From IMG/VR virus record IMGVR_UViG_3300050011_000164, positions 20,730 to 84,729 of that record: a DNA stretch of 64,000 nucleotides; one strand, given 5' to 3'. The notes below the pieces were generated by a model. The model did not search any database and was not told the origin of the DNA. It saw only the letters and a program-made list of their open reading frames with translations. Positions 1-9,199 of the stretch are shown in pieces. This DNA comes from a virus. Every line of letters starts with the position of its first letter. Position 1 is the first letter of the stretch. A program made the translations under genes and the position numbers.

Positions 1-338
1 TCGGTGACAATGTTCTTCATCTGACCGATATCGGCGGCGGTTTTGGCAGCAGCAGATTTCTGTGTCGGGGTAAGAGTTACGAACTTCCCATCGGCAGGAT
101 CGCCAATAACGGTGCTCATTCCATCCGTATTATAGTCGTCGAAGATCGCCCAATGCTCATCCCACCAATCGGCTTCGGGGGTGCCTGCTTCACGTCGGCA
201 GCCGAGGGTGTGGGTTTCGACAATGAAATCCCCGATTCTCTGGCTGATGCCACAGACTTGAGGATCGGTCTCATCTAACAGGTTTTGAGCCTGAAGAAGA
301 ACGTCCTTTGTATCAGGCTTTTGGAGAAGTGGGTTCAT
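1..338 (-). CDS. Hypothetical protein, N-terminal part only (runs off window); contains KSAAAKTAAD motif
   Basis: Manual translation from ATG 338: MNPLLQKPDTKDVLLQAQ...TQKSAAAKTAADIGQMKNIVT, open to window edge; late-type motif directly upstream. Confidence 0.7.
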   Translation of the reverse strand, partial: MNPLLQKPDTKDVLLQAQNLLDETDPQVCGISQRIGDFIVETHTLGCRREAGTPEADWWDEHWAIFDDYNTDGMSTVIGDPADGKFVTLTPTQKSAAAKTAADIGQMKNIVT

Positions 339-374
339 TCTACTTTAAGATACCAATAGTTTCAGTGTTTTTGG

Positions 375-773
375 TTAAAACAGGGTGTGACCTTTGTAGA
401 GAGCGTGCTTCCTGAAGATACCTTTGTCCGCAATATGTTGCCGCCACTGCTCGAACGCAGGACCGTGGTCGTCCTTCATGTTCGTGGCGAGATGAATCAT
501 CTCATGTGCCATGGAACTTAGGATGCTGACCCAATCAGCCTTCTCATCCAGAACGATCTCGAAATTGTGACGGCAGTTGGGGCAGTTCCTCTCGTTGTGG
601 GGCCAAGTGGGAGTGTTTGGTGCATCCGCCCAGCCGTGGAAGCCCGTTTCTATCTCTCGCTTCTCCTCCCCCTGTCTTGCGTATCGAAGGCACACCCATT
701 CGGGACATACGCCGTCGAAAAACCGCTTATTTATGTCCTTATACCAACGGCGAAGTGTGCGGTCAGACTGCAT
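375..773 (-). CDS. SprT-like zinc metallopeptidase
   Basis: HEMIH zincin motif followed by DHGPAF; INKRFFDG N-terminal segment typical of SprT-like proteins. Confidence 0.7.
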   Translation of the reverse strand: MQSDRTLRRWYKDINKRFFDGVCPEWVCLRYARQGEEKREIETGFHGWADAPNTPTWPHNERNCPNCRHNFEIVLDEKADWVSILSSMAHEMIHLATNMKDDHGPAFEQWRQHIADKGIFRKHALYKGHTLF

Positions 774-783
774 TTGACGGCTC

Positions 784-2256
784 CTAAATTTTCTTTGTTG
801 CCTCGGCTTTCAACTGTTGAGCAAGGGCTATAATCTCGCTACGATTTGGCAGAACCCATAACGTGCTGCTTGGCTTACCCGGAGCGAGTTTTGCCATGGC
901 TTCTTGGATGTAGCGCGTCTCATTCCCTGAGACACCTGCGGATTCCCACGCCTTGCGGTAGTTCGCGTCGTTCAGGTCGGTCTTTTCCCAACGAGCCTTC
1001 CTGAGCGTCTCCGTAGCTTTCACGTAGATTGACCACAGTGATGTCTTACTTCCAACAATAACTCTGACGGCTTTCTCGATGTCGCCCACAGTCAGGGAGG
1101 CGGTCTTTCCCATCGACCGAGCTTTGAGATTCGTCGCCAAAGCTGCGGCAATTTCAAACCGAAGGCTTTCATCCGTGCGGCCTTCGATGGCAAACTGAAG
1201 CTTTTCAAGCTCTCGTTCCCCTTCCTGCACCAACCTATTCAGGTTGCTCAGGGATTCCTTTTCTTCAGGCGTCAATTCGCCTTTTTCAGGCTTATAAAGC
1301 AGGTCATGGGTCACTTCAGCCCAAGCGTGCATCAGGACGGATGCGACCTGAATCTCGATCTGCGTATCGGCGTACCGAAGCTCCTTCTTGCGAAGCGTCT
1401 CGGGACGCAAGCGCACCAAATAGTGAGTCGCCGTGTAACCTAACGTGTCGCCTTCCTCGGGCTTGCTGGCTTCGGGGAAGCTCTTCGGGGGTCGCACGGG
1501 AACGAACAGCTTGTCAATGATCTGTCCAACTACCCCTCGGTCGGCGGGCATGTAGAGCGCCACACGGCAACCAGCCAGATCGATGATGTCGTCGTCGATG
1601 TCGCGGAACGTCTTGTACAGTCTTTTCTTGTCCCGCTTGTACAATTTTTTCCTTAGCCGATCTGGGGTTTTCGCACGAGAGCTAACCACCGCCTTGATCC
1701 CCGCGTCCTGAAGTGCCTGATCTAATTTGTCCTGTACGAGGTGAGCTACTTCATCGTAGAAATCCACCTCGTGCTTGTAGTTTTTCAGGAAGGCTTCGAT
1801 AACCGTATACTTCTCACCTGCGGCAACCTTACTCGCGGCGGCTTCCTTCTGCTTTTCCTTCACCGTGTCGAACAGATACTCAAAATCAACCTCGGAAATG
1901 TCGCCCAACAGGTCCTCGCCTGCCTGTCCCACGTATGCCTCTTCAGCCTCTTCTAGCGTACTGAACCCCAGCATGATTTTGTACTCATCGAACTCGCCCT
2001 TGTCATCTAATTGCTCAACAATGTAGGCATATTCAGCATCTTCGCTGGGACCTCGGTAGATGTCGAGCTTCTCGGCGTCCCCGGCAGCCGTTGTGTCAGG
2101 GATGTAGCCGTAATCGACTTTCATCTCTGTTTTGAATGGCGTACCGTCAGGCTTTTTGCCTACTCGCGTAGACCCTTTAGGCCATTCAATTATAACAGGA
2201 AGACCCCGAAATTCGGTAGAGTGTTCCTGCGGCAGCTTGTCAGCAACGATTTTCAC
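784..2256 (-). CDS. Fusion of inorganic pyrophosphatase-like (phage InPase) domain and RelA/SpoT small alarmone synthetase domain, plus C-terminal extra domain
   Basis: N-term IIEWPKGSTR...DYGYIPDT...DAEKLDIY...FDEYKIMLGF; middle SRAKT..RLRKK, DLAGCRV, GYTATHY, EIQVAS..MHAWAEVTHDLLYK (SYNTH motifs). Confidence 0.88.
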   Translation of the reverse strand: MKIVADKLPQEHSTEFRGLPVIIEWPKGSTRVGKKPDGTPFKTEMKVDYGYIPDTTAAGDAEKLDIYRGPSEDAEYAYIVEQLDDKGEFDEYKIMLGFSTLEEAEEAYVGQAGEDLLGDISEVDFEYLFDTVKEKQKEAAASKVAAGEKYTVIEAFLKNYKHEVDFYDEVAHLVQDKLDQALQDAGIKAVVSSRAKTPDRLRKKLYKRDKKRLYKTFRDIDDDIIDLAGCRVALYMPADRGVVGQIIDKLFVPVRPPKSFPEASKPEEGDTLGYTATHYLVRLRPETLRKKELRYADTQIEIQVASVLMHAWAEVTHDLLYKPEKGELTPEEKESLSNLNRLVQEGERELEKLQFAIEGRTDESLRFEIAAALATNLKARSMGKTASLTVGDIEKAVRVIVGSKTSLWSIYVKATETLRKARWEKTDLNDANYRKAWESAGVSGNETRYIQEAMAKLAPGKPSSTLWVLPNRSEIIALAQQLKAEATKKI

Positions 2257-2319
2257 GAAAATGTCCTAATTTCCTATGGTTTTGGGGGGTCTCCGGGTAA
2301 CCCGTCGATCCAGCATCCC

Positions 2320-2340
2320 TCACTAGAAGATACGGAAAGT
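2320..2340 (-). promoter_or_regulatory. Putative late promoter motif ACTTTCCGTATCTTCTAGTG
   Basis: Closely resembles the motif at 340-360 (ACTATTGGTATCTTAAAGTAG) and others upstream of structural genes. Confidence 0.45.
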
Positions 2341-2540
2341 GACTGAGTTTTTCCACGTTGGTTGGCGGAAAATTTTTCGGCACGAATTATGGTGGAACTT
2401 GGGTATTACAAAAATGTGGGAGACTGCACCCAAAACGCGGCAGGCCATTTCCTCCCATTGGCGCTGGCGCTGCGTTTGATAAAGGGCCACTTTAGCAACT
2501 ACACGTTGCATAGATGTGTCCCTTCTTGGAGGAAACATTC

Positions 2541-3776
2541 TTGGCTAAGAAAAAAGATTCAAAGAAAGTTTCAAAGCAAACCCTCATCGCTGAAGCCCAG
2601 CGTTTAGCAACTCAGACAGACGAACTCACACGTGATTTTTTCCGCAGCAAGAGCGAGTTCAAAGACGGATGGAACATCTACTGGCCAACCTTCCAAGCCT
2701 TTCTGGCCGAAGCGAAAGTGGTTTTCAAAGTTGCAAAACCATCGCCCGACAAGCAAGTTGAGCTTGAGATCGAGAAAGTCCGCGACCGCAAGACTAACTT
2801 GAAAGCTAAATACGACGCCGCTGTTCGTCGTGCAGAACGGGCTGAAGAAACTCTATCCGTATTACAAGACCTTCGCACTCGCACGTCGCAGCATCTAAGC
2901 ATCCTACCGAAAGCTGTCAGTGGCACCAGTGAGTCGGTCGCAGTGTGGGCCGCAAGCGATTGGCACATCGAAGAAAAAGTCGATTACGCCGATGTCGAAG
3001 GTCGCAACTATTTCGATTTGAGTGTCGCTCACCATCGCATTGAGATGTTCTGGCAGAATCAAATGCGCCTGACAGACATTATGCAGAAGGACACCAACAT
3101 TCCCGTTGTCTTTCTGGCCCTACTCGGTGACTTCATTACCAACACCATCCACCCTGACGTGGCCGAAAGCAATCAACTCGGCCCGGGCGATGCGATCTGG
3201 TGGGTGCAGGAGCATCTTGTCAGTGGCATGAAGTTCGCCCTCGACAACCTCAGTAAGAACACGGTTCTCAAGGTCGCCTGTCACACGGGCAACCATGGGC
3301 GCACTACAGTGAAACAGCGCCAGAAAACGGAACCTTCAAACTCGTGGGAGAGATTGATGTACCGCGAAATGAAGATGATCTTCGACGGCGATTCAAAGTA
3401 CGGCAATCGCGTCGAATGGTGCATTGCTGATGGATATCACAGCACGCACGACCTGTTCAATGGAGCCTTCAAGCTTCGTACTCATCACGGTCACGCTATC
3501 GGTTATGGCGGCGGTGTGGGCGGCATCACGATCCCCGTCAACAAGAAGATCGCCAACTGGAACATCAACAACCCGAGAACTCCGAACCTTGACTTGTTCG
3601 GTCACTTCCACCAGTACATCGACAGCGGGACGTTCGTTACGAACGGCAGCTTGATTGGGTACAACGCCTTTGCTAACACCATCGGCGCTGCATTTGAGAA
3701 GCCGACACAGGCATTCTTCCTCATCAACAAGAAGTTCAACTCAAAGACGATGGCAACGCCGATCTTCCTCGACTAA
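2541..3776 (+). CDS. Calcineurin-like metallophosphoesterase with N-terminal coiled coil
   Basis: Motifs SDWH, LGDF, GNHG, HHGH, GHFH in order; start moved to TTG 2541 after GGAGG. Confidence 0.8.
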   Translation: MAKKKDSKKVSKQTLIAEAQRLATQTDELTRDFFRSKSEFKDGWNIYWPTFQAFLAEAKVVFKVAKPSPDKQVELEIEKVRDRKTNLKAKYDAAVRRAERAEETLSVLQDLRTRTSQHLSILPKAVSGTSESVAVWAASDWHIEEKVDYADVEGRNYFDLSVAHHRIEMFWQNQMRLTDIMQKDTNIPVVFLALLGDFITNTIHPDVAESNQLGPGDAIWWVQEHLVSGMKFALDNLSKNTVLKVACHTGNHGRTTVKQRQKTEPSNSWERLMYREMKMIFDGDSKYGNRVEWCIADGYHSTHDLFNGAFKLRTHHGHAIGYGGGVGGITIPVNKKIANWNINNPRTPNLDLFGHFHQYIDSGTFVTNGSLIGYNAFANTIGAAFEKPTQAFFLINKKFNSKTMATPIFLD

Positions 3777-3777
3777 T

Positions 3778-3921
3778 ATGAAAGAAGCAATCAACGTTGG
3801 CTACTATCGCTTGGTAACCCCCTCCGCGAATGACAAAGCGGAGGTCAATAGAATTGTCGCCGAATTTACGGGACGGTTTGAAAAAGCGATTGACGAGGCG
3901 CTGCAATCTAAGAAACTTTAA
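3778..3921 (+). CDS. Small hypothetical protein (MKEAINVGYY...)
   Basis: ATG 1 nt after upstream stop. Confidence 0.5.
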   Translation: MKEAINVGYYRLVTPSANDKAEVNRIVAEFTGRFEKAIDEALQSKKL

Positions 3922-4138
3922 GCTTGCGGTTGTGACGAACCTCGATGGCAAGCATTTGGTGCTCGCCGCCCATCACGTCCTGAATCTCGTTGATCTCCAT
4001 GAAGCGGTTCCAGCACCGCATACGCTCCTCTTCGAGAGCGTCCATCTCGACGTTGTATCCATCATAGGTGCAAAGCAACTCTTCGTCGCTCAGTGATCTG
4101 ACTTTATTGCAGAACTCTTCGCTAGGCAGCTTCGTCAT
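3908..4138 (-). CDS. Hypothetical protein (MTKLPSEEF...)
   Basis: TAATG coupling with upstream ORF. Confidence 0.55.
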   Translation of the reverse strand: MTKLPSEEFCNKVRSLSDEELLCTYDGYNVEMDALEEERMRCWNRFMEINEIQDVMGGEHQMLAIEVRHNRKLKVS

Positions 4139-4341
4139 TAGAGTTCCACCCCGTCGTCCAGATACTTTTTCTCGCCGCAGAAGCACTCGACTGTGGCGCT
4201 GTCGCCGAGGCCGCTCGGGACAAAGATGATCTTGCAATGTGCGCCCGAGAAGTCGGGCACGACCTTACAAGTCTTCCGATGTTCCTCTTGCCAAGCGGAG
4301 TATTGCTCTACCTGTGTGTCGTTCAGTGTGAATGTTCTCAT
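4138..4341 (-). CDS. Small hypothetical protein, possible Zn-binding
   Basis: ORF with TGGTAAGAT extended -10 immediately upstream; Cys-rich. Confidence 0.6.
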   Translation of the reverse strand: MRTFTLNDTQVEQYSAWQEEHRKTCKVVPDFSGAHCKIIFVPSGLGDSATVECFCGEKKYLDDGVEL

Positions 4342-4350
4342 GAACCCATC

Positions 4351-4626
4351 TTACCACGGGTGCGAGGCAGTAGTCAAAAAGGTTCCCGTCACGTTCTCGC
4401 GCCCGCGCCAGCCGAGTGAGCGGGCCTTAGCGATGGTCTTACGGTAGGAGAGTTTGTCGGGTACGAACTGGAATGCGCGTTGATCCCTGATGGCGACTTT
4501 GTTCGTGCGGGCGTTGAACCCGAGCCAGCCTTCGAGGAGCCAGTAGCACATGTAGTAACACAGGTTCGGCTGCTTGACATCCGCCGTGCGCTTGCTTCCG
4601 CAGACTTGGCAACAGGGGATGGTCAT
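4351..4626 (-). CDS. Hypothetical protein (MTIPCCQVCG...)
   Basis: TAATG coupling to upstream ORF. Confidence 0.55.
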   Translation of the reverse strand: MTIPCCQVCGSKRTADVKQPNLCYYMCYWLLEGWLGFNARTNKVAIRDQRAFQFVPDKLSYRKTIAKARSLGWRGRENVTGTFLTTASHPW

Positions 4627-4940
4627 TACTTGCTCTCCACGTAGCCCGCGCCGTCTACCCAAACGCGGTGAACATGCTCGGTGGTGTTGTCTTTCGCACT
4701 GTAGCCGCTGGATTCATCCTTCGCCTGACCCTTGGTGAAATAAGGTCCGCAGAGCACGCCAACGACCTTTGGGTCAGCGGCGATGTCGCGTTCCCGCATC
4801 TGCTTAATCGTGCCACGCTCAGTCACGACTACGTACCAGTCCGTCGTGCCGAACATTTTCTTGTCCTGTGGGCTGATGCGGAACTCGGCGGCTGCTTTCT
4901 CGCGGGTCTCGTTGGCTTCCAGTTGGCGGTCAGTGTTCAT
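4626..4940 (-). CDS. Hypothetical protein, leaderless early-type
   Basis: ATG 6 nt downstream of TGGGTATAAT. Confidence 0.65.
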   Translation of the reverse strand: MNTDRQLEANETREKAAAEFRISPQDKKMFGTTDWYVVVTERGTIKQMRERDIAADPKVVGVLCGPYFTKGQAKDESSGYSAKDNTTEHVHRVWVDGAGYVESK

Positions 4941-5010
4941 ACCCCTATTATACCCAAAAAGATGTCAAAATCGATAGGATTTTAGGGGTTTATTGCCTTT
5001 GTTTTCAACT
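4941..5010 (-). promoter_or_regulatory. Conserved early-type promoter: GAAAACAAA..TCCTAT-N21-TATAAT-N6-ATG
   Basis: Similar copies at 60645-60715, 61802-61875 and 63398-63470; partial copies at 58441-58495 and 39005-39057 (+). Confidence 0.75.
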
Positions 5011-5941
5011 ACCTAGTGGGGGAGTTGACGTTGATTGTCATCGAACCGTCACCGCTGGTAAAGCTGGCGCTTTTATGGCCGAATTGTTTGTCAATGGCAC
5101 CCAAACAATCGTCACGAAAACAATCCTTCGTACTCGGCTTGTCGTAGTCGTGCTCGATCTTGGGCGGCGGCGAAGACTCCATTTGTCGCTGTGCTTCCCG
5201 AGGAATGCTCTGATACGCACGCCCAACCGTGGTCGTAGTTACCGCCTCTACTTCTCCATTTGAATCCGTCTCCACTACCTGTACGGGCTGAGCGGCGACG
5301 GCTGCAATCGGAGGGGGTAAAGCGGCTGCGGCTGGAGCGGGTAAAGCGGCTGCGGCTGGAGCGGGATCGGCGGGGATAACGGGTGCTGGTGCCGCAAACA
5401 GGCTGGCCGTTGCCATGTTGAACTCTTCGTTGCTGACCATAATCTGTTCCATCTGCTTGATCTGCTCTGCCTGTATCTCGATTGTGCGGATAGTGTTCTG
5501 CATCCTGATTTGGTCGAGGGTCGGTCCACGTTGGCTAAAGCTGAAAGCCATGACCCCCGCGAAGATCGCCGTCACCACTCCCACGAATTTGAAAAAGCCA
5601 AACTTTGTGGCGGTTTCCACCGCTTTCGCCGCTTCAACCACCTTGGGCTCAGTCTTCAACATCTTGTCGGCGAGCTTTTTCACATCCTCCCATTTGCCAT
5701 TGAACCATTGCTCGGCATCGGCTTCGCTCATGCCGTAATGCATCAAATGTCCCATGACATGTTTCCGCCACTCTTCACGGGCGGCGTCAGTGGACGACTT
5801 CGCCGTACCACTGCACGCTTGATGAAACTCTTTCCAAGTCCCTTCTACGTCGCCCTGTCCCCTTGATGCGGCTTCGGCGACTTTTTGAAAGGTCTGGAAA
5901 GCTTTCTTGTGGATGTTGATGACGGCTGATTCGAATGACAT
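5009..5941 (-). CDS. Membrane-anchored hypothetical protein with Pro/Ala-rich linker
   Basis: Single TM (FVGVVTAIFAGVMAFSF); PAPAAAAL tandem repeat. Confidence 0.65.
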   Translation of the reverse strand: MSFESAVINIHKKAFQTFQKVAEAASRGQGDVEGTWKEFHQACSGTAKSSTDAAREEWRKHVMGHLMHYGMSEADAEQWFNGKWEDVKKLADKMLKTEPKVVEAAKAVETATKFGFFKFVGVVTAIFAGVMAFSFSQRGPTLDQIRMQNTIRTIEIQAEQIKQMEQIMVSNEEFNMATASLFAAPAPVIPADPAPAAAALPAPAAAALPPPIAAVAAQPVQVVETDSNGEVEAVTTTTVGRAYQSIPREAQRQMESSPPPKIEHDYDKPSTKDCFRDDCLGAIDKQFGHKSASFTSGDGSMTINVNSPTR

Positions 5942-6222
5942 TAGGCTACCACCCGACGAGGCGGGAGATTCGCCGCCCAAACCGCCGCTATGGGGGCGAC
6001 GATAGACATTGCAAGACCACCCGCATCTACAACGCGGTTCATCTCAGCAAGAGTACCTGAATCAGGCATCAGGATGCGAATCGCGATGAATCCCAATACG
6101 ACGACAAATGAGAACGCTCCGAAAGCGTAGAAAAATGAGCGTAAACGTTGTGAGCTTTTGCGAATTCCATCAATCAAAAGCCAGAGACAAACGAGCATGA
6201 CGAGCAATGCGATGTATTCCAT
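5941..6222 (-). CDS. Small membrane protein (3 TM)
   Basis: Hydrophobic segments; TGGTATAAT just upstream of ATG. Confidence 0.6.
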   Translation of the reverse strand: MEYIALLVMLVCLWLLIDGIRKSSQRLRSFFYAFGAFSFVVVLGFIAIRILMPDSGTLAEMNRVVDAGGLAMSIVAPIAAVWAANLPPRRVVA

Positions 6223-6270
6223 AGCAATCATTATACCACGAGGGATTGAGTGGGGTATCCCACTAAAGTG

Positions 6271-6645
6271 CTACTCTTCGGTTCTGTCCAGACGCCGTAG
6301 CGTATGTTCGAGAAGAATGCGGCCTGTCTCGGTGTCGGGCACCAGATTGCCGTCAATGGCAAAGAACCCCCGCTCGTCAATTTCCACAACGGGCGGCTTG
6401 GGTAGTTCGACAACTACGGGCTCGAAGTCCCGCTTGAACATTCCAGCGGGCGGCTCGGGTAGCGGGCCGCAGGACTTCTCATACTCTTCCAGTCGTCTGA
6501 TGACCTCGGGATCGAGCGGCGGGGGTGGGATGAGTGTGTAGCCCTCGATCTCCCTCGGGTGGACAATCTTAAGTCCCTCTCTGCCGTCCTCATCAGTAAA
6601 GACGACAAGCACTTCATCCATATTTTCGATTCTGACAAGCCTCAT
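6271..6645 (-). CDS. Hypothetical protein, Pro-rich
   Basis: ATGA overlap with upstream ORF. Confidence 0.6.
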   Translation of the reverse strand: MRLVRIENMDEVLVVFTDEDGREGLKIVHPREIEGYTLIPPPPLDPEVIRRLEEYEKSCGPLPEPPAGMFKRDFEPVVVELPKPPVVEIDERGFFAIDGNLVPDTETGRILLEHTLRRLDRTEE

Positions 6646-6857
6646 CGTCTGCTCAATTCTCGGCTTCTTCGTCGCATCTCTGCGGGGTGGGCCGTTTCAT
6701 CCACGTCGAACGAGAGCCCCAGTTTCGTTTGATTTCCGTGGAAATAATCGCCGATTGCTTCTTTCATCGTTCTCCCGCGACCGACCACGGGGGAGCCGGG
6801 AACTGTTGGATCATCTACCACAAATTGAGCGCCGTCTTTGCTTATCTTCAGCTTCAT
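6642..6857 (-). CDS. Small hypothetical protein (HicB-like fold possible)
   Basis: VVGRGRTMKEAI pattern; TGGTAGAAT upstream. Confidence 0.5.
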   Translation of the reverse strand: MKLKISKDGAQFVVDDPTVPGSPVVGRGRTMKEAIGDYFHGNQTKLGLSFDVDETAHPAEMRRRSRELSRR

Positions 6858-6886
6858 AATCCCATTCTACCACAGGTCGTAGTCGA

Positions 6887-7105
6887 TCATAACTTAACGA
6901 GTTTCTCCAGTTCCAGCCGACCTACCAACTCGTCAATGGTGTGTTGAAGCGGGGCCTTGAGCCAGTCGGGGAATTTCGGCTTGGCAATCAATTCACGAGA
7001 AACAGCGAGATCGGTTTCTATCTCTTCGATAGATTGATTGGCGAGCTTGGCGAGGCGTTCTTCTCGCCAACGAGCACGGACGATATTGCATTGCTTTTTT
7101 GTCAT
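6887..7105 (-). CDS. Hypothetical protein
   Basis: ORF coupled to neighbours. Confidence 0.55.
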   Translation of the reverse strand: MTKKQCNIVRARWREERLAKLANQSIEEIETDLAVSRELIAKPKFPDWLKAPLQHTIDELVGRLELEKLVKL

Positions 7106-7365
7106 GACAACGGCTCAACGTGGCAGCCCCGCAAGAATTCTTGGTCATTCTTCTCGATTTTCCCCTTCTCGATCTCTTCGGCGATGGATGTCGGAATCAT
7201 TTTCTCAGGGTCGGCACAACGGACTGGAATCCCCAGTTTACCGACCCACTGCCACATGGCGGTGTACCTCGCAATACACTCGGGACATGCCCAGAGAGAA
7301 AGGTATTTTTCGAAGGCGGGTTTACCGCAGGGTTTGTTGCCCGGAACGTGATATCCACAGATCAT
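7102..7365 (-). CDS. Hypothetical Cys-containing protein
   Basis: ATGA overlap; CxxC. Confidence 0.5.
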   Translation of the reverse strand: MICGYHVPGNKPCGKPAFEKYLSLWACPECIARYTAMWQWVGKLGIPVRCADPEKMIPTSIAEEIEKGKIEKNDQEFLRGCHVEPLS

Positions 7366-7515
7366 TTCTTCCACACCAACCACGTGACGCTGTGCTTCGG
7401 TAGATGTGGTGGGGCGAAGATGGCCTGCGCCAGTAGGGCAACCGCCCAGAGCACACACCAAACCAGCACGGCGGAAAGAGCGAAGCCGATAACCGCAGCG
7501 GGGCGTCTCATGCCC

Positions 7516-7722
7516 TCATTGTACCACAATGAAAGTCTTGGATGATCCATCAGCGTACTCAACCGTGAAGTTCACGTCACACTGCAATTCCCTGAACCGC
7601 TGGATGATCTTCTTCCACGTCTCATCCTGATAGGCGGTGTTGTATGCCGCTTTGACCTTTTCCAGTTCTTCCGTGGGCAAGGTCTGGTAGAGGCAACCGG
7701 GATGTGGACGGGGGGTCATCAT
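7516..7722 (-). CDS. Hypothetical protein
   Basis: TGGTAGAAT immediately upstream. Confidence 0.55.
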   Translation of the reverse strand: MMTPRPHPGCLYQTLPTEELEKVKAAYNTAYQDETWKKIIQRFRELQCDVNFTVEYADGSSKTFIVVQ

Positions 7723-7901
7723 ACAGTCATTCTACCACAAACCACCAGACCATTGAACATTGGAGTGTGGGCAGTTGTCTCGATGCATTTCGGTATTGCA
7801 CTCAACGCAGATGGGTTGTTGATTTACGTGCAGGTCTAATAGGGTCTGTACACGAATACCACAACCGGGACATTCCCAGATGAAAAGTTCGGTTAATGCG
7901 C

Positions 7902-8486
7902 TCATTTCTTCTCAGCTTCTTTCTTCTTACCAAGTCCCAGTCGCTTTATGGCCTCTTTGGTCTTACCGCAGTCGGCACATGGTCTCGGACCACACTTACC
8001 ATCGCGGTATACATTTGGCTTGTAATCCCCGTAATTCTTGCGGACGTTCCGAGCCAATTGGACGAGAGCCGCGTCGAAGGTCGGTCCCCCACAGTCCAGC
8101 TTCCAGTCGTGATAATTCATCTCGCCTGTGGTGTCGTCCCAATCCTCGTTGGGCTGACCGTACAAATAGCCGTACTCGACTGGGCCGAATTCCAGCCAGC
8201 ATTCCACGTTGACATTCTTCTTTGGGTCATCCGTCACCTTGCGACCATCGGTCTTGGCATAGTGAATACTGAGATTCTCTTCAATGGCGGGGACGGTCAG
8301 ATGGCGCATGTATTGATAGCATTTGCCGCATTTGTCCCGCGAAACAAGGAATCCCTGCTTCTCTATCTTATCCGCCTCTTTGGGCGTGATCTCGTTTCGA
8401 ATCATTCGTTGGAGCTTGGGGTGGTAGTGGAGGAACCACCAAGCGTCGTAGGCGTTACTGATTTTGTGATAGCGTTTCTTTGTCAT
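7902..8486 (-). CDS. Hypothetical protein
   Basis: Long ORF, TAATG coupling. Confidence 0.65.
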   Translation of the reverse strand: MTKKRYHKISNAYDAWWFLHYHPKLQRMIRNEITPKEADKIEKQGFLVSRDKCGKCYQYMRHLTVPAIEENLSIHYAKTDGRKVTDDPKKNVNVECWLEFGPVEYGYLYGQPNEDWDDTTGEMNYHDWKLDCGGPTFDAALVQLARNVRKNYGDYKPNVYRDGKCGPRPCADCGKTKEAIKRLGLGKKKEAEKK

Positions 8487-8851
8487 TAGTGTTTTCCTTT
8501 GCGTGCGATCACCCAATCGAGATACTGAATGCCTCGCGAGTATTCTGCCTGTTTTGCGGCGTACTCAGCCCGCAGCTTACGAGCGAGCCTAAGCGATTCT
8601 GCCCGTGCTTCTTTCCGCGTCTTAGCCAAGAACCCGTTACAGGTATGAACCGCTCCCGACACAGCCTCAGGATCACTGGGATCGGTCTCTGGATGCTCCG
8701 CTGCGAACTTGGGGCTGTGGGCTGTGTAGCCGTCACCCTCGTCGCATTCTCCAGTGATTGTGATGACTTCGTAGTCCCAACTCCCGAAAATCCAATATGC
8801 CTTGTCGCCGACCTTAAGGTCGATCAACTGTCTTTGGTGCCATTGTGTCAT
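8486..8851 (-). CDS. Hypothetical protein
   Basis: ORF in operon-like run. Confidence 0.6.
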   Translation of the reverse strand: MTQWHQRQLIDLKVGDKAYWIFGSWDYEVITITGECDEGDGYTAHSPKFAAEHPETDPSDPEAVSGAVHTCNGFLAKTRKEARAESLRLARKLRAEYAAKQAEYSRGIQYLDWVIARKGKH

Positions 8852-9125
8852 TTTTAGCCTTAAATAGTTCGGGGTTTGTTCCCCTAAATTCTTCTAGTGC
8901 GTTCTCTAGGTCACTCGGATGTTTGCCCCATGGATCGGCGATCATGAGCCAGAACCTCAGGCCCAGTAGATAGAACTCAAACTCCCAGTCTTGGGAATGG
9001 TTATCGTACCCTGCCCCGATGTGAATGAGGTAGAACTCGGCCCAGCCGAATTCCTTGTGATGGGTGATCTCGTACCATTGGTTGGCGGAGAATCCCGCTG
9101 TCCAGTAATTGCTATAACCGAGCAT
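8814..9125 (-). CDS. Hypothetical protein
   Basis: GGAG RBS before MLGYSNYW. Confidence 0.55.
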   Translation of the reverse strand: MLGYSNYWTAGFSANQWYEITHHKEFGWAEFYLIHIGAGYDNHSQDWEFEFYLLGLRFWLMIADPWGKHPSDLENALEEFRGTNPELFKAKNDTMAPKTVDRP

Positions 9126-9199
9126 CTTGGTTTCTCCCTTGCCCTTCTTGGTCTTCTTCTTAATACCGCTCACATTACCCTTGCGGCTGCCTTTTGGGA

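Noticed and set aside
5315-5362. 24-nt tandem repeat
   Set aside because: In-frame PAPAAAAL linker expansion inside a coding region; not an array
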